This document shows, one piece after another, positions 36,308 to 45,905 of a stretch of DNA of 64,000 bases. The DNA is taken from positions 544,001-608,000 of the forward strand of contig OZ219871.1 in NCBI GenBank assembly GCA_964291495.2, written 5' to 3'. Below the pieces are notes generated by a model. That model searched no databases. It saw only the letters and a list, made by a program, of their open reading frames with translations, and was not told the origin of the DNA. The translations under genes were made by a program, and so were the position numbers. Each line of letters begins with the position of its first letter. Within the stretch, counting starts at the first letter, position 1. The DNA is from Dehalococcoidia bacterium. GTDB lineage: Bacteria > Chloroflexota > Dehalococcoidia > UBA2979.

Positions 36308-37603
36308 ATGGCGCACGCGATTCACTGGGAGCGCAACGAGGACCCGGTCGGCATCTGGGAGCACCGCGGCAAGGTCGTGCTCGCCGGCCGGGGCCACTCG
36401 AAGAACACCGACCGCCGCTGGGACGGCGTCAGCATGGACAAGACGCTGGGCGCCTACGTCATCGAGGCCGCCCGCGCGGCGATGGATGACGCCGGCATCA
36501 GCCCCGAGGACGTCGATGGCATCGTCACCTCGGCGGGCGGGCAGACCAACCACGCGAGCCTCGGCTCGCAGTGGGGGCCGACACGGCCCTTCTTCGACCC
36601 GCCGTACGACTCGGAGGACGGACTCACCTTCGTAACCGCCGAGTGGCTGCGCAAGACGATGAACCTCCCGAACGTGAAGTACCTGAACTCGCACGGCGCG
36701 ACCCTCTGGAACCTGATCGGGCTCGCAGCCCAGGTCGTCGGCGACGGGCGCTGCGAGGTCTGCCTCGTGCCCTACCCGAACGGGAACATCGAGGGCCGCT
36801 ACCACCAGAACCCGACCCTCGACGCGCCGGGACCGACCCAGTGGACCTACCCGTACGGCTGGGGGCTGTCCGGCCAGGGCTACGTCTTCGAGCAGTACGC
36901 GCGGAAGTACGGGACGAACCACGACCGGCTGGCGCCGTTCATCGTCCAGGAGCACAACAACGGCCTGCTGTGGCCGTACAGCTACTACGCGCAGCACGAG
37001 CCCGAGCCGTTCACCGAGGAGGACTATCTCAACGGCCGCTGGATCGCCCAGAACCTCAGCATCTTCGACTGCGACCGGCCCGTGCAGGCGGGCGCCTGCT
37101 ACGTGGTGACCACCGCCGAGCGCGCGAAGGACATGAAGCAGAAGCCCGTCTACGTCCTCGACCACACGGAGAGCGAGTTCGCCCCGCGCAGCCTCGTCGA
37201 GACCCTCAACGACACCGAGGAGTGGACGAGCACCCAGGCGCGCCGCTCGTATGCCGGCTCCGGCCTGCGGCCGGAGGACATCGACGTGTTCGCGCCGTAC
37301 GACGGCTTCGCGGTGTTCACGCAGTACTTCCTCGAGGCCTTCGGGTGGCGCGGGGTGAAGCGCGGCGAGGCGCACGACTTCTACGCGGGCGACATCTCGC
37401 TCAAGGGGCCGAACCCGATCAACTCGGGAGGCGGCAACATGGGGACCGGGCGGATGCGCACGGTCTTCATCACCGACCCGATGGAGCAGTTGCAGGGGCG
37501 CGCCGGCGAACGCCAGGTGGCGATCAAGGCCGAGGTCGCGGTCACGATCGGGGTGCTCCCGTTCCGGGCGGCGGCGCTGGCGTTCAGTTCGGTGCCCGAC
37601 TAG
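36308..37603 (+). CDS. thiolase-fold protein, copy 3
   Basis: Collinear 431-aa paralogue. Confidence 0.88.
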   Translation: MAHAIHWERNEDPVGIWEHRGKVVLAGRGHSKNTDRRWDGVSMDKTLGAYVIEAARAAMDDAGISPEDVDGIVTSAGGQTNHASLGSQWGPTRPFFDPPYDSEDGLTFVTAEWLRKTMNLPNVKYLNSHGATLWNLIGLAAQVVGDGRCEVCLVPYPNGNIEGRYHQNPTLDAPGPTQWTYPYGWGLSGQGYVFEQYARKYGTNHDRLAPFIVQEHNNGLLWPYSYYAQHEPEPFTEEDYLNGRWIAQNLSIFDCDRPVQAGACYVVTTAERAKDMKQKPVYVLDHTESEFAPRSLVETLNDTEEWTSTQARRSYAGSGLRPEDIDVFAPYDGFAVFTQYFLEAFGWRGVKRGEAHDFYAGDISLKGPNPINSGGGNMGTGRMRTVFITDPMEQLQGRAGERQVAIKAEVAVTIGVLPFRAAALAFSSVPD

Positions 37604-37698
37604 CGGCTGCGGCTGCGCCGTCTCTCCGGCCTCCCCGTTGCGGCCTAGCGGTTTGCTGGCGATACTCCCCGGCGTACACGGAGCCGGGAGGGTAGTGC

Positions 37699-38058
37699 GT
37701 GGCGATCCTATTGAGCTTTGACATCGACGGAACGCTCGAGCTGGGCGATCCGCCGGGCGGCGTCACGGTCGAGATGGTGCGGCGGGCGATCGACCGCGGC
37801 TTCATCGTCGGCAGTTGCTCGGACCGGCCGCTCAGCAGCCAGCGCCGCATGTGGGCGGCGATCGAGATCGAGCCTGACTTCGTTGCTTCCAAGCACCAGC
37901 TCGGCCAGGTCAAGGAGCAGTTCGACGACGCCGACGCCTACTACCACATGGGCGACCGCAACACGGACGAGGAGGCCGCCCGGGACCACGACTTCGGCTT
38001 CTGGTGGCACCACGAAGCCGAGCTCGAGCCGTGGCTGGAGCTGACCAACTCCGACTGA
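37699..38058 (+). CDS. small HAD-family hydrolase
   Basis: FDIDGTL motif I, HMGDRNTD motif IV. Confidence 0.8.
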   Translation: MAILLSFDIDGTLELGDPPGGVTVEMVRRAIDRGFIVGSCSDRPLSSQRRMWAAIEIEPDFVASKHQLGQVKEQFDDADAYYHMGDRNTDEEAARDHDFGFWWHHEAELEPWLELTNSD

Positions 38059-38082
38059 CCTCGAGGACGCAGCCACACCAGC

Positions 38083-38106
38083 AAGGCCCGCCTCCCGGCG
38101 GGCCTT
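38083..38106. terminator. intrinsic terminator-like hairpin
   Basis: AAGGCCCGCC-TCCC-GGCGGGCCTT perfect 10-bp stem. Confidence 0.65.
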
Positions 38107-38158
38107 CGTCATGCAGCGCCCGGGGGCCATCGGCAGACCCGACAAATCCCTCGAGAAC

Positions 38159-38186
38159 CGTCATTCCGGCGAAAGCCGGAATCCAG
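38159..38186. repeat. REP-like palindrome (GTCATTCCGGCGAAAGCCGGAATCCAG type)
   Basis: ATTCCGGC-GAAA-GCCGGAAT hairpin matching a widespread extragenic palindrome style. Confidence 0.6.
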
Positions 38187-38281
38187 GCACGCCCACCCAC
38201 CGCCGAGCCCCGTGAGCACCCGATGGCGCAACGTGGCCCGTGGGCGCAACGACCCATCGAGCCGGGAACAGCGCCGGCGAG

Positions 38282-38326
38282 CCCCCTCACCCCCGCCCTC
38301 TCCCCCAGGAGAGGGGGCCGGAGGGG
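38282..38326 (+). repeat. REP-like element (CCCTCACCCCxGCCCTCTCCC...GGAGAGGGG type)
   Basis: Related copies at 55853-55899 and 55954-55997. Confidence 0.65.
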
Positions 38327-38360
38327 AGCCATGGCGCCCCGGCGCGGTTACGCAACGTTC

Positions 38361-39416
38361 CTACGCGAGCGCGAGTATCGCCGCCGGGTTGCCCACGGTG
38401 ATCGCCTCGATCGTCGCTTCCGGGAAGCCCTTGCGCCGCATCGTCGGAACGATGTTCTCGAAGATGTGGCCGTAGCCGTGCCCCCCGTAGCGGATCAGGC
38501 GGTGCTTCGTGAAGATGTCCTGGGCAATCACGATGCGGTTGGAGTAACCGGCGTCGGCGATGCGCCCGATGAAGTCCAACCGCTGGGCGTCGCTGGGCAT
38601 GTCGGTGTCGGCTGCGGCGGGATAGTAGGACCCCTCGTTGCCGAACAGATCCCATTCGAGGTAGCAGCCCGTCGCGGCGATGCGCTGAAGCGCGTCGAAC
38701 TCGAACACGGTGCGATCGAGGTGTCCCATGATCACCCTCGAGATCTCCGCACCCCCGCTCGCCAGCACATCCAGGATCTCCGACGGCGCATCCTGATGCC
38801 GCCCGGGATGGATCAGGATCGCCGCGCCCGTCTCCTGCTGGGCGATCGCCGACGCGAGCAGTGACTTGCGCTCGTTCGGGTCCAGCGGCCACGTGCAGCC
38901 GACCTCGCCGATGATGCCCGCTCGCACGCCGCTGCCGTCGACGCCCTCGACGATGTCGCCGACGATCTCGCTTGCCAGGCCGTCCACGCTTCGTTCATCC
39001 ATGCCGTCCGGATGGGCCGCGGCGACGTAGTAGCCCGAGCCCATCACGATGTGCACGCCGGTCTCGCGGGAGATCCGGGCCAGCCCATCCGGGTTCCGGC
39101 TGATTCCCGTGCTCGTCGCGTCCACGATCGCGCCGCCGCCGACCTTGCGGAACTTCCCGACTTCCTCGATGGCCGTATCGAGGTCCACCAGCTGCAGGTT
39201 GGAGCGGTTGCTGTAGTAGTGACGCCGGATCCACCCGAGGTTCTCGAGGGCGATCGGCGCATCCGCCAGCTCCTCGGACGGCGAGTCCTGCGCCGGGCGG
39301 TACATCCGGGAGAAGTCGATTTGGAGGTGCTCGTGGGTGCTGGTGGCGCCCAGCTCCGAGGGAGAGACTGGCCCGAGCACGGTCTGGACCAGACCTCGAT
39401 TACGGCCTGACGGCAT
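38361..39416 (-). CDS. phosphotriesterase-related (PTER-like) amidohydrolase
   Basis: THEHL, GIIGEVGCTWPL, IHPGR, GHLDRT, LEWDLFG, QDIFTK, YGGHGY. Confidence 0.9.
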   Translation of the reverse strand: MPSGRNRGLVQTVLGPVSPSELGATSTHEHLQIDFSRMYRPAQDSPSEELADAPIALENLGWIRRHYYSNRSNLQLVDLDTAIEEVGKFRKVGGGAIVDATSTGISRNPDGLARISRETGVHIVMGSGYYVAAAHPDGMDERSVDGLASEIVGDIVEGVDGSGVRAGIIGEVGCTWPLDPNERKSLLASAIAQQETGAAILIHPGRHQDAPSEILDVLASGGAEISRVIMGHLDRTVFEFDALQRIAATGCYLEWDLFGNEGSYYPAAADTDMPSDAQRLDFIGRIADAGYSNRIVIAQDIFTKHRLIRYGGHGYGHIFENIVPTMRRKGFPEATIEAITVGNPAAILALA

Positions 39417-39502
39417 GGCGCAACTCCTCGGAGTATCGTGGCGGGCAAGCCTAGCACGACCGATCCGGGGTGCTGCCGACCGAGGGGCGGGAGGTTCGGG
39501 GC

Positions 39503-40636
39503 ATGAAGTTCGCGGCGTTCACGACCGTGGCCGGTTCCGCCGGTGAGGCCACCACCTCCGAACAGCTGATCGCCAACCTCAGACAGCAGACCGTCCTCGC
39601 CGAGGAGCTCGGCTTCGAGGCGATGTGGCTCGGCGAGCACCACTTCGGGCCGTACGCCGTGGGCGACCTGCCGAACCCGATCCTGCTCGGTGCGGACCTC
39701 GCGGCGCGGACCTCGCGGATTCGCATCGGCCAGATGGCGAACATCGCGCCGTGGTGGCACCCGATCCGGCTCGCCGAGGACCTCGCGATCCTCGACAACC
39801 TGACCGGCGGGCGCGTGGAGGTTGGCTTTGGCCGGGGAGTCTGGCCGTACGAGGGGCCGCAGTTCCATCCGAACGCGGACCCTCGCAAGGATGCGGAGAA
39901 CCGCGAGCTGTTCCGGGAGACGGTCGAGATCGTGCGCGAGATCTGGACCAACGAGTACTTCTCCTACCGTGGCGCGAACTACAGCTTCCCCGCCGACGAC
40001 ACCGTCTTCTCCCATCCGCTGTATCCGCCGAACCCCGCCTGGCAGGACGGGGAACGGGTCACCAAGCTGCGAGTGACCCCGCGGCCCTACCAGCAACCCC
40101 ACCCGCCGCTCTGGATGACCGTCTCCACGGACAGGTCCGTGGCGACCGCGGCCGAACTCGGGCTCAAGGCCTGCTACTGGCAGCCTCCCGCACTGAGGAT
40201 CAGGGAACGAATGGAGATCTACGCACGGGTCAGGACGAAGCGGGAGGGCAGACCGTTCGCCGTAGGCGAAGATCAAGCGGTGATGCGCTCGATGTACGTC
40301 GCCTCCTCGATGGAAGAGGCGCGTCGCGATGCCGAAGACGGCATCATGTCCGCCTTCATCTTCAACGACCCCTTTCGAGGCAGGCAGGTCTTCACCAACC
40401 CCGGCGAGGTCCTCGGCGATGATGTGAAGCTCGACTGGGACTTCCTGGAACCACGCAGCCTGCTCGTCGGATCCCCGGATGACGTGGTAGCGAAGATCGA
40501 GGAGCTACGGGAGGTCTGCCACCTCGACTACCTGCTCGTCGAGTTCTCGCACATGGGCCTTCCCTTGCGAAAGTCGCTGAAGAACCTCGAGGCCTTCGCC
40601 ACCAGGGTGATGCCGCGATTCGCCGGCGGCGGCTGA
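39503..40636 (+). CDS. LLM-class flavin-dependent oxidoreductase
   Basis: WLGEHHF, HPIRLAED, GGRVEVGFGRG, PRPYQQPHPP. Confidence 0.92.
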   Translation: MKFAAFTTVAGSAGEATTSEQLIANLRQQTVLAEELGFEAMWLGEHHFGPYAVGDLPNPILLGADLAARTSRIRIGQMANIAPWWHPIRLAEDLAILDNLTGGRVEVGFGRGVWPYEGPQFHPNADPRKDAENRELFRETVEIVREIWTNEYFSYRGANYSFPADDTVFSHPLYPPNPAWQDGERVTKLRVTPRPYQQPHPPLWMTVSTDRSVATAAELGLKACYWQPPALRIRERMEIYARVRTKREGRPFAVGEDQAVMRSMYVASSMEEARRDAEDGIMSAFIFNDPFRGRQVFTNPGEVLGDDVKLDWDFLEPRSLLVGSPDDVVAKIEELREVCHLDYLLVEFSHMGLPLRKSLKNLEAFATRVMPRFAGGG

Positions 40637-40643
40637 GCCGCGA

Positions 40644-41684
40644 TCAAGCGTCGCGCATCCCCTCGAGCACCCGGCCGGTGGCCGCCACCGCCGCGTCGAT
40701 CGCAGCGTCGTCGACATCGAGGTGCGTGACCATCCGCACCCGCTGCGGGCCGGTCCCGCTGCACAGCACGCCCTCGGCGGCAAGGCGCTCGCGGAACTCG
40801 ATCCCGTCCAGCGCGCCGTCGAGTTCGAAGAAGACGATGTTCGTTTCGGGCGTGGCGACCTCCATCGCTCCGCCCGGCAACGCGGCCAGCCCGTCCGCGA
40901 GCCGAGCCGCGCGCGCGTGGTCATCGCCGAGCCGCTCGACGTGGTATTCGAGGGCGTACAGCGCGGCGGCGGCGATCAGGCCGGCCTGCCGCATCGCGCC
41001 GCCCAGCTGGCGGCGCACCCCGCGTGCGCGGTCGATCACCTCGCGCGGTCCCGTCAGCACGGAGCCGACCGGCGCGCCGAGGCCCTTGGAGAAACAGAAC
41101 GCGACCGTGTCGGCGAGTCCGGCGATCGTGGCGGCGTCCGTCTCCAGCGCCAGCGCGGCGTTGAAGATCCGCGCGCCGTCGAGGTGCACCGCGGCGCCGG
41201 CGGCGCGCGCGACCTCGACCGCGCCGCGCATGCTCTCGAGGGGGATCGCCGCGCCGTTGCAGCGGTTGTGCGTGTTCTCGAGGCAGACCAGCGTCGTTCG
41301 CGGCGGCGTAGCGGGGTCGCGGATCACGTCTCGCAGCGCCGCAGGGTCGATGCGGCCGCGCTCGTCGTTGGCGACGCTGCGCAGGCTGATACCACCCAGC
41401 GCCGAGGCGCCGACCGCCTCGTGGTGCAGGACGTGCGACTGCGAACCAACGACCGCCTCGTCGCCGCGGCCGCAGTAGACGAGCAGCGAGAGCAGGTTCG
41501 CCATCGTGCCGCTCGGCACGTAGAGGGCGGCCTCCTTGCCGACGCGCTCGGCCGAGGCCTGCTCGAGGCGCTGCACCGTGGGATCGTCGCCGCGTCCATC
41601 GTCGCCGACCTCGGCGCGCGCCATCGCCCGGCGCATCGCCTCTCCGGGCCGGGTGACGGTGTCCGATCGCAGGTCGATGACCAT
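40644..41684 (-). CDS. ltaE: low-specificity L-threonine aldolase
   Basis: DLRSDTVT, SGTMAN, LENTHN, HLDGARIFNA, SKGLGAPVGS, GGAMRQAG. Confidence 0.9.
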   Translation of the reverse strand: MVIDLRSDTVTRPGEAMRRAMARAEVGDDGRGDDPTVQRLEQASAERVGKEAALYVPSGTMANLLSLLVYCGRGDEAVVGSQSHVLHHEAVGASALGGISLRSVANDERGRIDPAALRDVIRDPATPPRTTLVCLENTHNRCNGAAIPLESMRGAVEVARAAGAAVHLDGARIFNAALALETDAATIAGLADTVAFCFSKGLGAPVGSVLTGPREVIDRARGVRRQLGGAMRQAGLIAAAALYALEYHVERLGDDHARAARLADGLAALPGGAMEVATPETNIVFFELDGALDGIEFRERLAAEGVLCSGTGPQRVRMVTHLDVDDAAIDAAVAATGRVLEGMRDA

Positions 41685-41694
41685 GCTCAACCTC

Positions 41695-42573
41695 TCACAT
41701 CCGCGCGACCTGCGGGATCACGAGGCGGCCCATCGCCTCCATGACCCGCGGGTCCTCGACACCCTGCAGGGAGCCGAGGATGGCGTGCGCCCCCGCCTCC
41801 GCGAGCTCCCCGATCCGCTCGACGACCTCGCCGGCGTGCTCGCCCGCGGGGCCCGGGTCGAAACGCATCGTGACGGTCCGCTCGATCGCCTCGTAGTCCG
41901 TGCCCTCCGCCTCGCAGTGCTGTTCGAGGATAGAGAAGAGACGCGTTGCGCCCTCGGGGCTGTTGCCCAGCACGTTGCACTGGTCCGCGTAGCGCGCGAC
42001 GAGGCGCAGCGTCTTCCGTTCGCCGCTACCGGCGACCATGAGCGGCGGCCGCGGCTGCTGGATCGGCCGCGGCGAGCACAACGTCTCGGCGAGCTGGTAG
42101 TGCGTGCCGTGGAACGGGCCGTCGTCGTCGCTCCACATCTGCAGGCAGATCCGGATTGCTTCCTCGAGCCGTTCGTAGCGTTCCCGCAGCGGCGGGAACG
42201 CCCACCCCAGGCCGAGGTGCTCCCGCTCGTACCAGGCCGCGCCGATCCCGAGCCAGGCGCGTCCCTGCGAGAGGACGTCGAGGCCCGTGACCTGCTTCAC
42301 GAGGAAGCCGGGGTTGCGGTAGGTCACCCCGGTCGCGAGGACGCCGAGCTTCACGCGCGAGGTGCGCGCGGCGATGTACCCGAGGACGCCGTACGCCTCG
42401 AACATCTCGTGCTCGGCCGGGCCGACGCCGGGAATCTGGAAGTAGTGGTCCATGACCGAGATGCGGTCGAAGCCGACCGCGTCGGCGCCACTCACGATCT
42501 CGTCCAGCTTTGCCGCGAACCCCGGCGCCTCGACGCCATACGTGAAGTTCGCGAGGTGCAGTCCCAGCTTCAT
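41695..42573 (-). CDS. LLM-class F420-dependent oxidoreductase
   Basis: MDHYFQIP, TGVTYRNPG, LDVLSQGRA, GSGERKTLRLVARYAD. Confidence 0.92.
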   Translation of the reverse strand: MKLGLHLANFTYGVEAPGFAAKLDEIVSGADAVGFDRISVMDHYFQIPGVGPAEHEMFEAYGVLGYIAARTSRVKLGVLATGVTYRNPGFLVKQVTGLDVLSQGRAWLGIGAAWYEREHLGLGWAFPPLRERYERLEEAIRICLQMWSDDDGPFHGTHYQLAETLCSPRPIQQPRPPLMVAGSGERKTLRLVARYADQCNVLGNSPEGATRLFSILEQHCEAEGTDYEAIERTVTMRFDPGPAGEHAGEVVERIGELAEAGAHAILGSLQGVEDPRVMEAMGRLVIPQVARM

Positions 42574-43358
42574 GCAGCGTCTCCCTTGCCGTTCAGTGGG
42601 GCGTAGCGTGAGAGAAACAGGCGGACGACCTCGACCGAGTGGAGCGCGAAGGCGCGCTGCAAGTCGAACCCGTGCGGCTGGTCGGCGAAGACCGTGAGGT
42701 CCACGGGGACGCCGGCGCGGGTCAGCGCCTCGTAGAGCCGCACGCTCTGGTCGAGGGCGACCATCGTGTCGGCGGAGCCGTGCATGAGCAGGGTGGGCGG
42801 GAAGCCCGCTCCGGCGTGCGCCAGCGGGCTCATCGCGGCCCAGTCCGCCGTCGAGGGGTCCTCCGCCAGCTGTTGGGCGTGCTCCCAGGCGGTGCCGAGC
42901 GCTGGTTCGAGGCTGGTGATCGGGTAGTGGTTGATGCTGGCGGCGATCGGGCTCGTCTCGCCGCTCAGGCGGGCGGCGGCCAGCAGCGCCATGTGCGAGC
43001 CCGCCGAGAGACCCCACAGCACGAGGCGATCCGGATCGACGCCGAGGTCGCCACTCTGTTCCTGCATCCAGCGGATCGCCGCCAGGACGTCGTCGAGCTG
43101 CGCGGGCCACCTCGCCTCGCCGCTGAGTCGATACTCCGAGGCGACGCAGGGGTAGCCGTGGCGCGCCATGAGGATCCCGTAGCCACGCAGCATCGCCGGC
43201 GCGCCCATGTGCCAGCCCCCGCCGTGGACGAGCAGGATTCCCGGCTGCGCCTCGCTCTGGCCCGGTGGATGGAAGACGTCGCAGCGCAGCTCCCGGCCGC
43301 CCGCGGAGGCAAAGGCGACGCCTTCCTCGATCCGGACGCGCGCGTTCGGCTCGGCCAC
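42570..43358 (-). CDS. alpha/beta hydrolase (HSL-like esterase)
   Basis: HGGGW, YRLS, GLSAG, HGSAD, HGF; GTG at 43358. Confidence 0.88.
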   Translation of the reverse strand: MAEPNARVRIEEGVAFASAGGRELRCDVFHPPGQSEAQPGILLVHGGGWHMGAPAMLRGYGILMARHGYPCVASEYRLSGEARWPAQLDDVLAAIRWMQEQSGDLGVDPDRLVLWGLSAGSHMALLAAARLSGETSPIAASINHYPITSLEPALGTAWEHAQQLAEDPSTADWAAMSPLAHAGAGFPPTLLMHGSADTMVALDQSVRLYEALTRAGVPVDLTVFADQPHGFDLQRAFALHSVEVVRLFLSRYAPLNGKGDAA

Positions 43359-43366
43359 GTCTGCGA

Positions 43367-44566
43367 CTAGCCTTCCGGCTCGGGCGAGCGGCCTCGCGGC
43401 CGCAGCGCGTCCGGCACCTCGATGCCCGCGTCGACGAAGGCCTGGCGCTGTGCGGCGCGCACCGGGCGGAACAGCGTGCGATGCCCCTCGCGCGCCCACT
43501 CGAGGCTGTCCTCGAAAGGCTGCGCCTGGCCCTGGAAGCGCGGCATCACGTGGCGGGCGAACAGCTCGTAGCTGCGCCGCATCCGCCCGGTCGTGCGCGC
43601 CCACTCGCGGTGGTTGATGAGTATGCCGCCCACGCCGCCGGAAGCCTCGAGGACCTCCTCGATGGCGGCAACCGCGTCCTCCGGCGTGCCGATCGCCACG
43701 CCGGGCTGCTTCGCGAGCCAGTCGACGCTGTCGCGCCCGCCCTCGAAGCGGATGCCCAGCGTGCCGAAGTAGCCGCGGTTGAGCGCGAGCACGCCCTCGC
43801 GGATGTCCTCGAGCGCCTCTTCGCGGGAGTCGGCGAGGTGCATGGTCATGGTGACGCGCCAGTTGCGGCGATCGATCTGCCGGCCGTGGCGCTCGGCCTC
43901 CTCGCCGGCCCACGTCCAGGCCTGGGCCATCGTCCCGAGGCCGCCGGCCAGCTCGGAGGAGGCGACGGAGAGCATCCCCAGGCCGTGGCGCCCGGCCGCC
44001 TGCGCGCCGGCGGGCGAGGTGGCGTGCGCGACAAAGACCGGGACGTGCGGCTGCTGGTAGGAGGCCATCTGCAACCGCGCGTCGCGCAGCTCGTACCACT
44101 CGGTCTGCTCCGTCACCACCTCGCCGCGCAGCAGGCGCATGATCGCGTCGAGCGCCTCGCCCATCCGCCGCCGCTGCGTCGTCGGCTCGATGCCCAGCTG
44201 GTAGGCGTCGGAGTAGAGCGCGCCCGGGCCGACGCCGAAGTTGATGCGCCCTCGCGTCAGGTGGTCGAGCTGGACCATGCGATGGGCGAGGGTGAAGGGG
44301 TGGTGGTAAGGCAGGCTGACCACGCCCGTGCCGAGGCGGATGCGCCTCGTACGCTGCGCCGCGGCCGCGATGAACAGCGCCGGGTCACCGACCGTCTCCC
44401 AGCCGGCGCTGTGATGCTCCCCGATCCAGGCCTCGTCGAAGTTGAGGCGGTCGAGGAGCTCGATCACCTCCATGTCACGCTCGTAGGCGACCGTCGGGTG
44501 CTCGCCGGGCTCGTGGAACGGCTGGGCGAAGATCCCGAACTTCAGCGGCTCGCTTCGATCGGCCAT
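43367..44566 (-). CDS. LLM-class monooxygenase (LimB-like)
   Basis: PFH, WIGEHHSAGWE, LGTGVVSLPYHHP, LDHLTRGR, GPGAL. Confidence 0.9.
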   Translation of the reverse strand: MADRSEPLKFGIFAQPFHEPGEHPTVAYERDMEVIELLDRLNFDEAWIGEHHSAGWETVGDPALFIAAAAQRTRRIRLGTGVVSLPYHHPFTLAHRMVQLDHLTRGRINFGVGPGALYSDAYQLGIEPTTQRRRMGEALDAIMRLLRGEVVTEQTEWYELRDARLQMASYQQPHVPVFVAHATSPAGAQAAGRHGLGMLSVASSELAGGLGTMAQAWTWAGEEAERHGRQIDRRNWRVTMTMHLADSREEALEDIREGVLALNRGYFGTLGIRFEGGRDSVDWLAKQPGVAIGTPEDAVAAIEEVLEASGGVGGILINHREWARTTGRMRRSYELFARHVMPRFQGQAQPFEDSLEWAREGHRTLFRPVRAAQRQAFVDAGIEVPDALRPRGRSPEPEG

Positions 44567-44594
44567 CGGCCGGCGCTCGCTTTCCTCGGGGCCC

Positions 44595-45713
44595 TCAGAG
44601 CAGGTCGCCGAGCTGCTTCGGATGCGGGTAGGGGTGCCGGAAGTAGACGCGCTCGGAGAAGACCTCGGGCGCACCCGCCAGCAGCTCGTCCCAGGCGGCG
44701 AGCAGCCGGTCCTCGCCCTCGTAGTCGAAGTCGCTCGCCTTCATGTTGTTGCCCCGGCCGTCCACCGTCGGCGGATGCTCGAGCCACCATTCGACGGTCG
44801 TCCGCACCCAGTCCTGCGGCCGCACGGCGTCCCGATAGCCGAGGTCGCCGCGCACGCCGCGCAGCTTGGCGTTGCTCATCAGCCGGTGGAACGGCTGCCC
44901 GCTGAGCGGCACGAACGTCCGCCCGGGCGGCGCGATGCTCCACGGGATCTCGACGAACTCGAACTCGTACCCAAGGACTCCGGCGATCAACTCGACCCAC
45001 TGCTGCGCCGTGAACTGCACGTCATCGGCGAGGTGGTAGATCTGCCCGGCCGAGCGCTCGGGCTGGTCGATCGCCAGGCCGATCGCGTGGCCGACGTTCT
45101 CCGAGGCGCAGCGCGTGCTCAGCGTCAGACCGCCGCCCTGGATGATGAAGCGCTTCCGATCGTCGAGGACTCGCTTGATGATCCGCCACTCGCTCGACAC
45201 GATGCTGTGCGGGCCATAGACGTACGGATAGCGGAAGTGCGTCGCCTCGTAGTGCCCGGCCGCGTGGCGATCCATGACGGCGCGCTCGGTCTCGATCATG
45301 CGATCGACGAAGGCGTCGACGCCGTCGTCCTCCAGCTCGTTCTCCTCGAACCCCGGAGTCAGCACCGGGCCGTCGTGCTCGGCGTTGTGGGGATCGCGGA
45401 CGTGCATCCAACCCTTCATGACGGGGAAGCCGCCAATCGTGATCAGGCGCGGCGTCTTGCCCTCGAGGGCCCCCGCCAGGTGGCGGATGCGGCCGTACGT
45501 CGCCACGACCAGGTCGAAGCTGCGGCCCGCGAGGTCGCGGGCGATCGTCTCCTCGAAGTGCGGCTCGCCGTGAATGTGCTCGAGGTCGTCCGGGAGGGAG
45601 TCGGCCTCGTGCAGCCCGCGGTGGTAGAGCGTCACGTCGTAGCCGCGGTCGAGCAGCCGCCGAACGACCGGAGGGCCGGTGGCTGCCGTGCCGCCGATGA
45701 CGAGTGCGCGCAT
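44595..45713 (-). CDS. NAD-dependent epimerase/dehydratase family protein
   Basis: ALVIGGTAATG, YHRG, FRYPYVYGP. Confidence 0.82.
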   Translation of the reverse strand: MRALVIGGTAATGPPVVRRLLDRGYDVTLYHRGLHEADSLPDDLEHIHGEPHFEETIARDLAGRSFDLVVATYGRIRHLAGALEGKTPRLITIGGFPVMKGWMHVRDPHNAEHDGPVLTPGFEENELEDDGVDAFVDRMIETERAVMDRHAAGHYEATHFRYPYVYGPHSIVSSEWRIIKRVLDDRKRFIIQGGGLTLSTRCASENVGHAIGLAIDQPERSAGQIYHLADDVQFTAQQWVELIAGVLGYEFEFVEIPWSIAPPGRTFVPLSGQPFHRLMSNAKLRGVRGDLGYRDAVRPQDWVRTTVEWWLEHPPTVDGRGNNMKASDFDYEGEDRLLAAWDELLAGAPEVFSERVYFRHPYPHPKQLGDLL

Positions 45714-45905
45714 CGAGCCTCCTGGCGTGCTCCGTACCGCGCCCCTGGTGCGGTGCCCAGCCCCGATTCGTTCCCGTGCGTCGAGACGATCACCACCGGC
45801 CTCGAAGCAACCGGCGACGCGCACATACTACCTTCCGGGGGCCGGCCCGGCTCCCGAGGTGGCGTGGCATCATGCACGGGACCGCAGGCGAGAGAGGAGC
45901 CCGAC

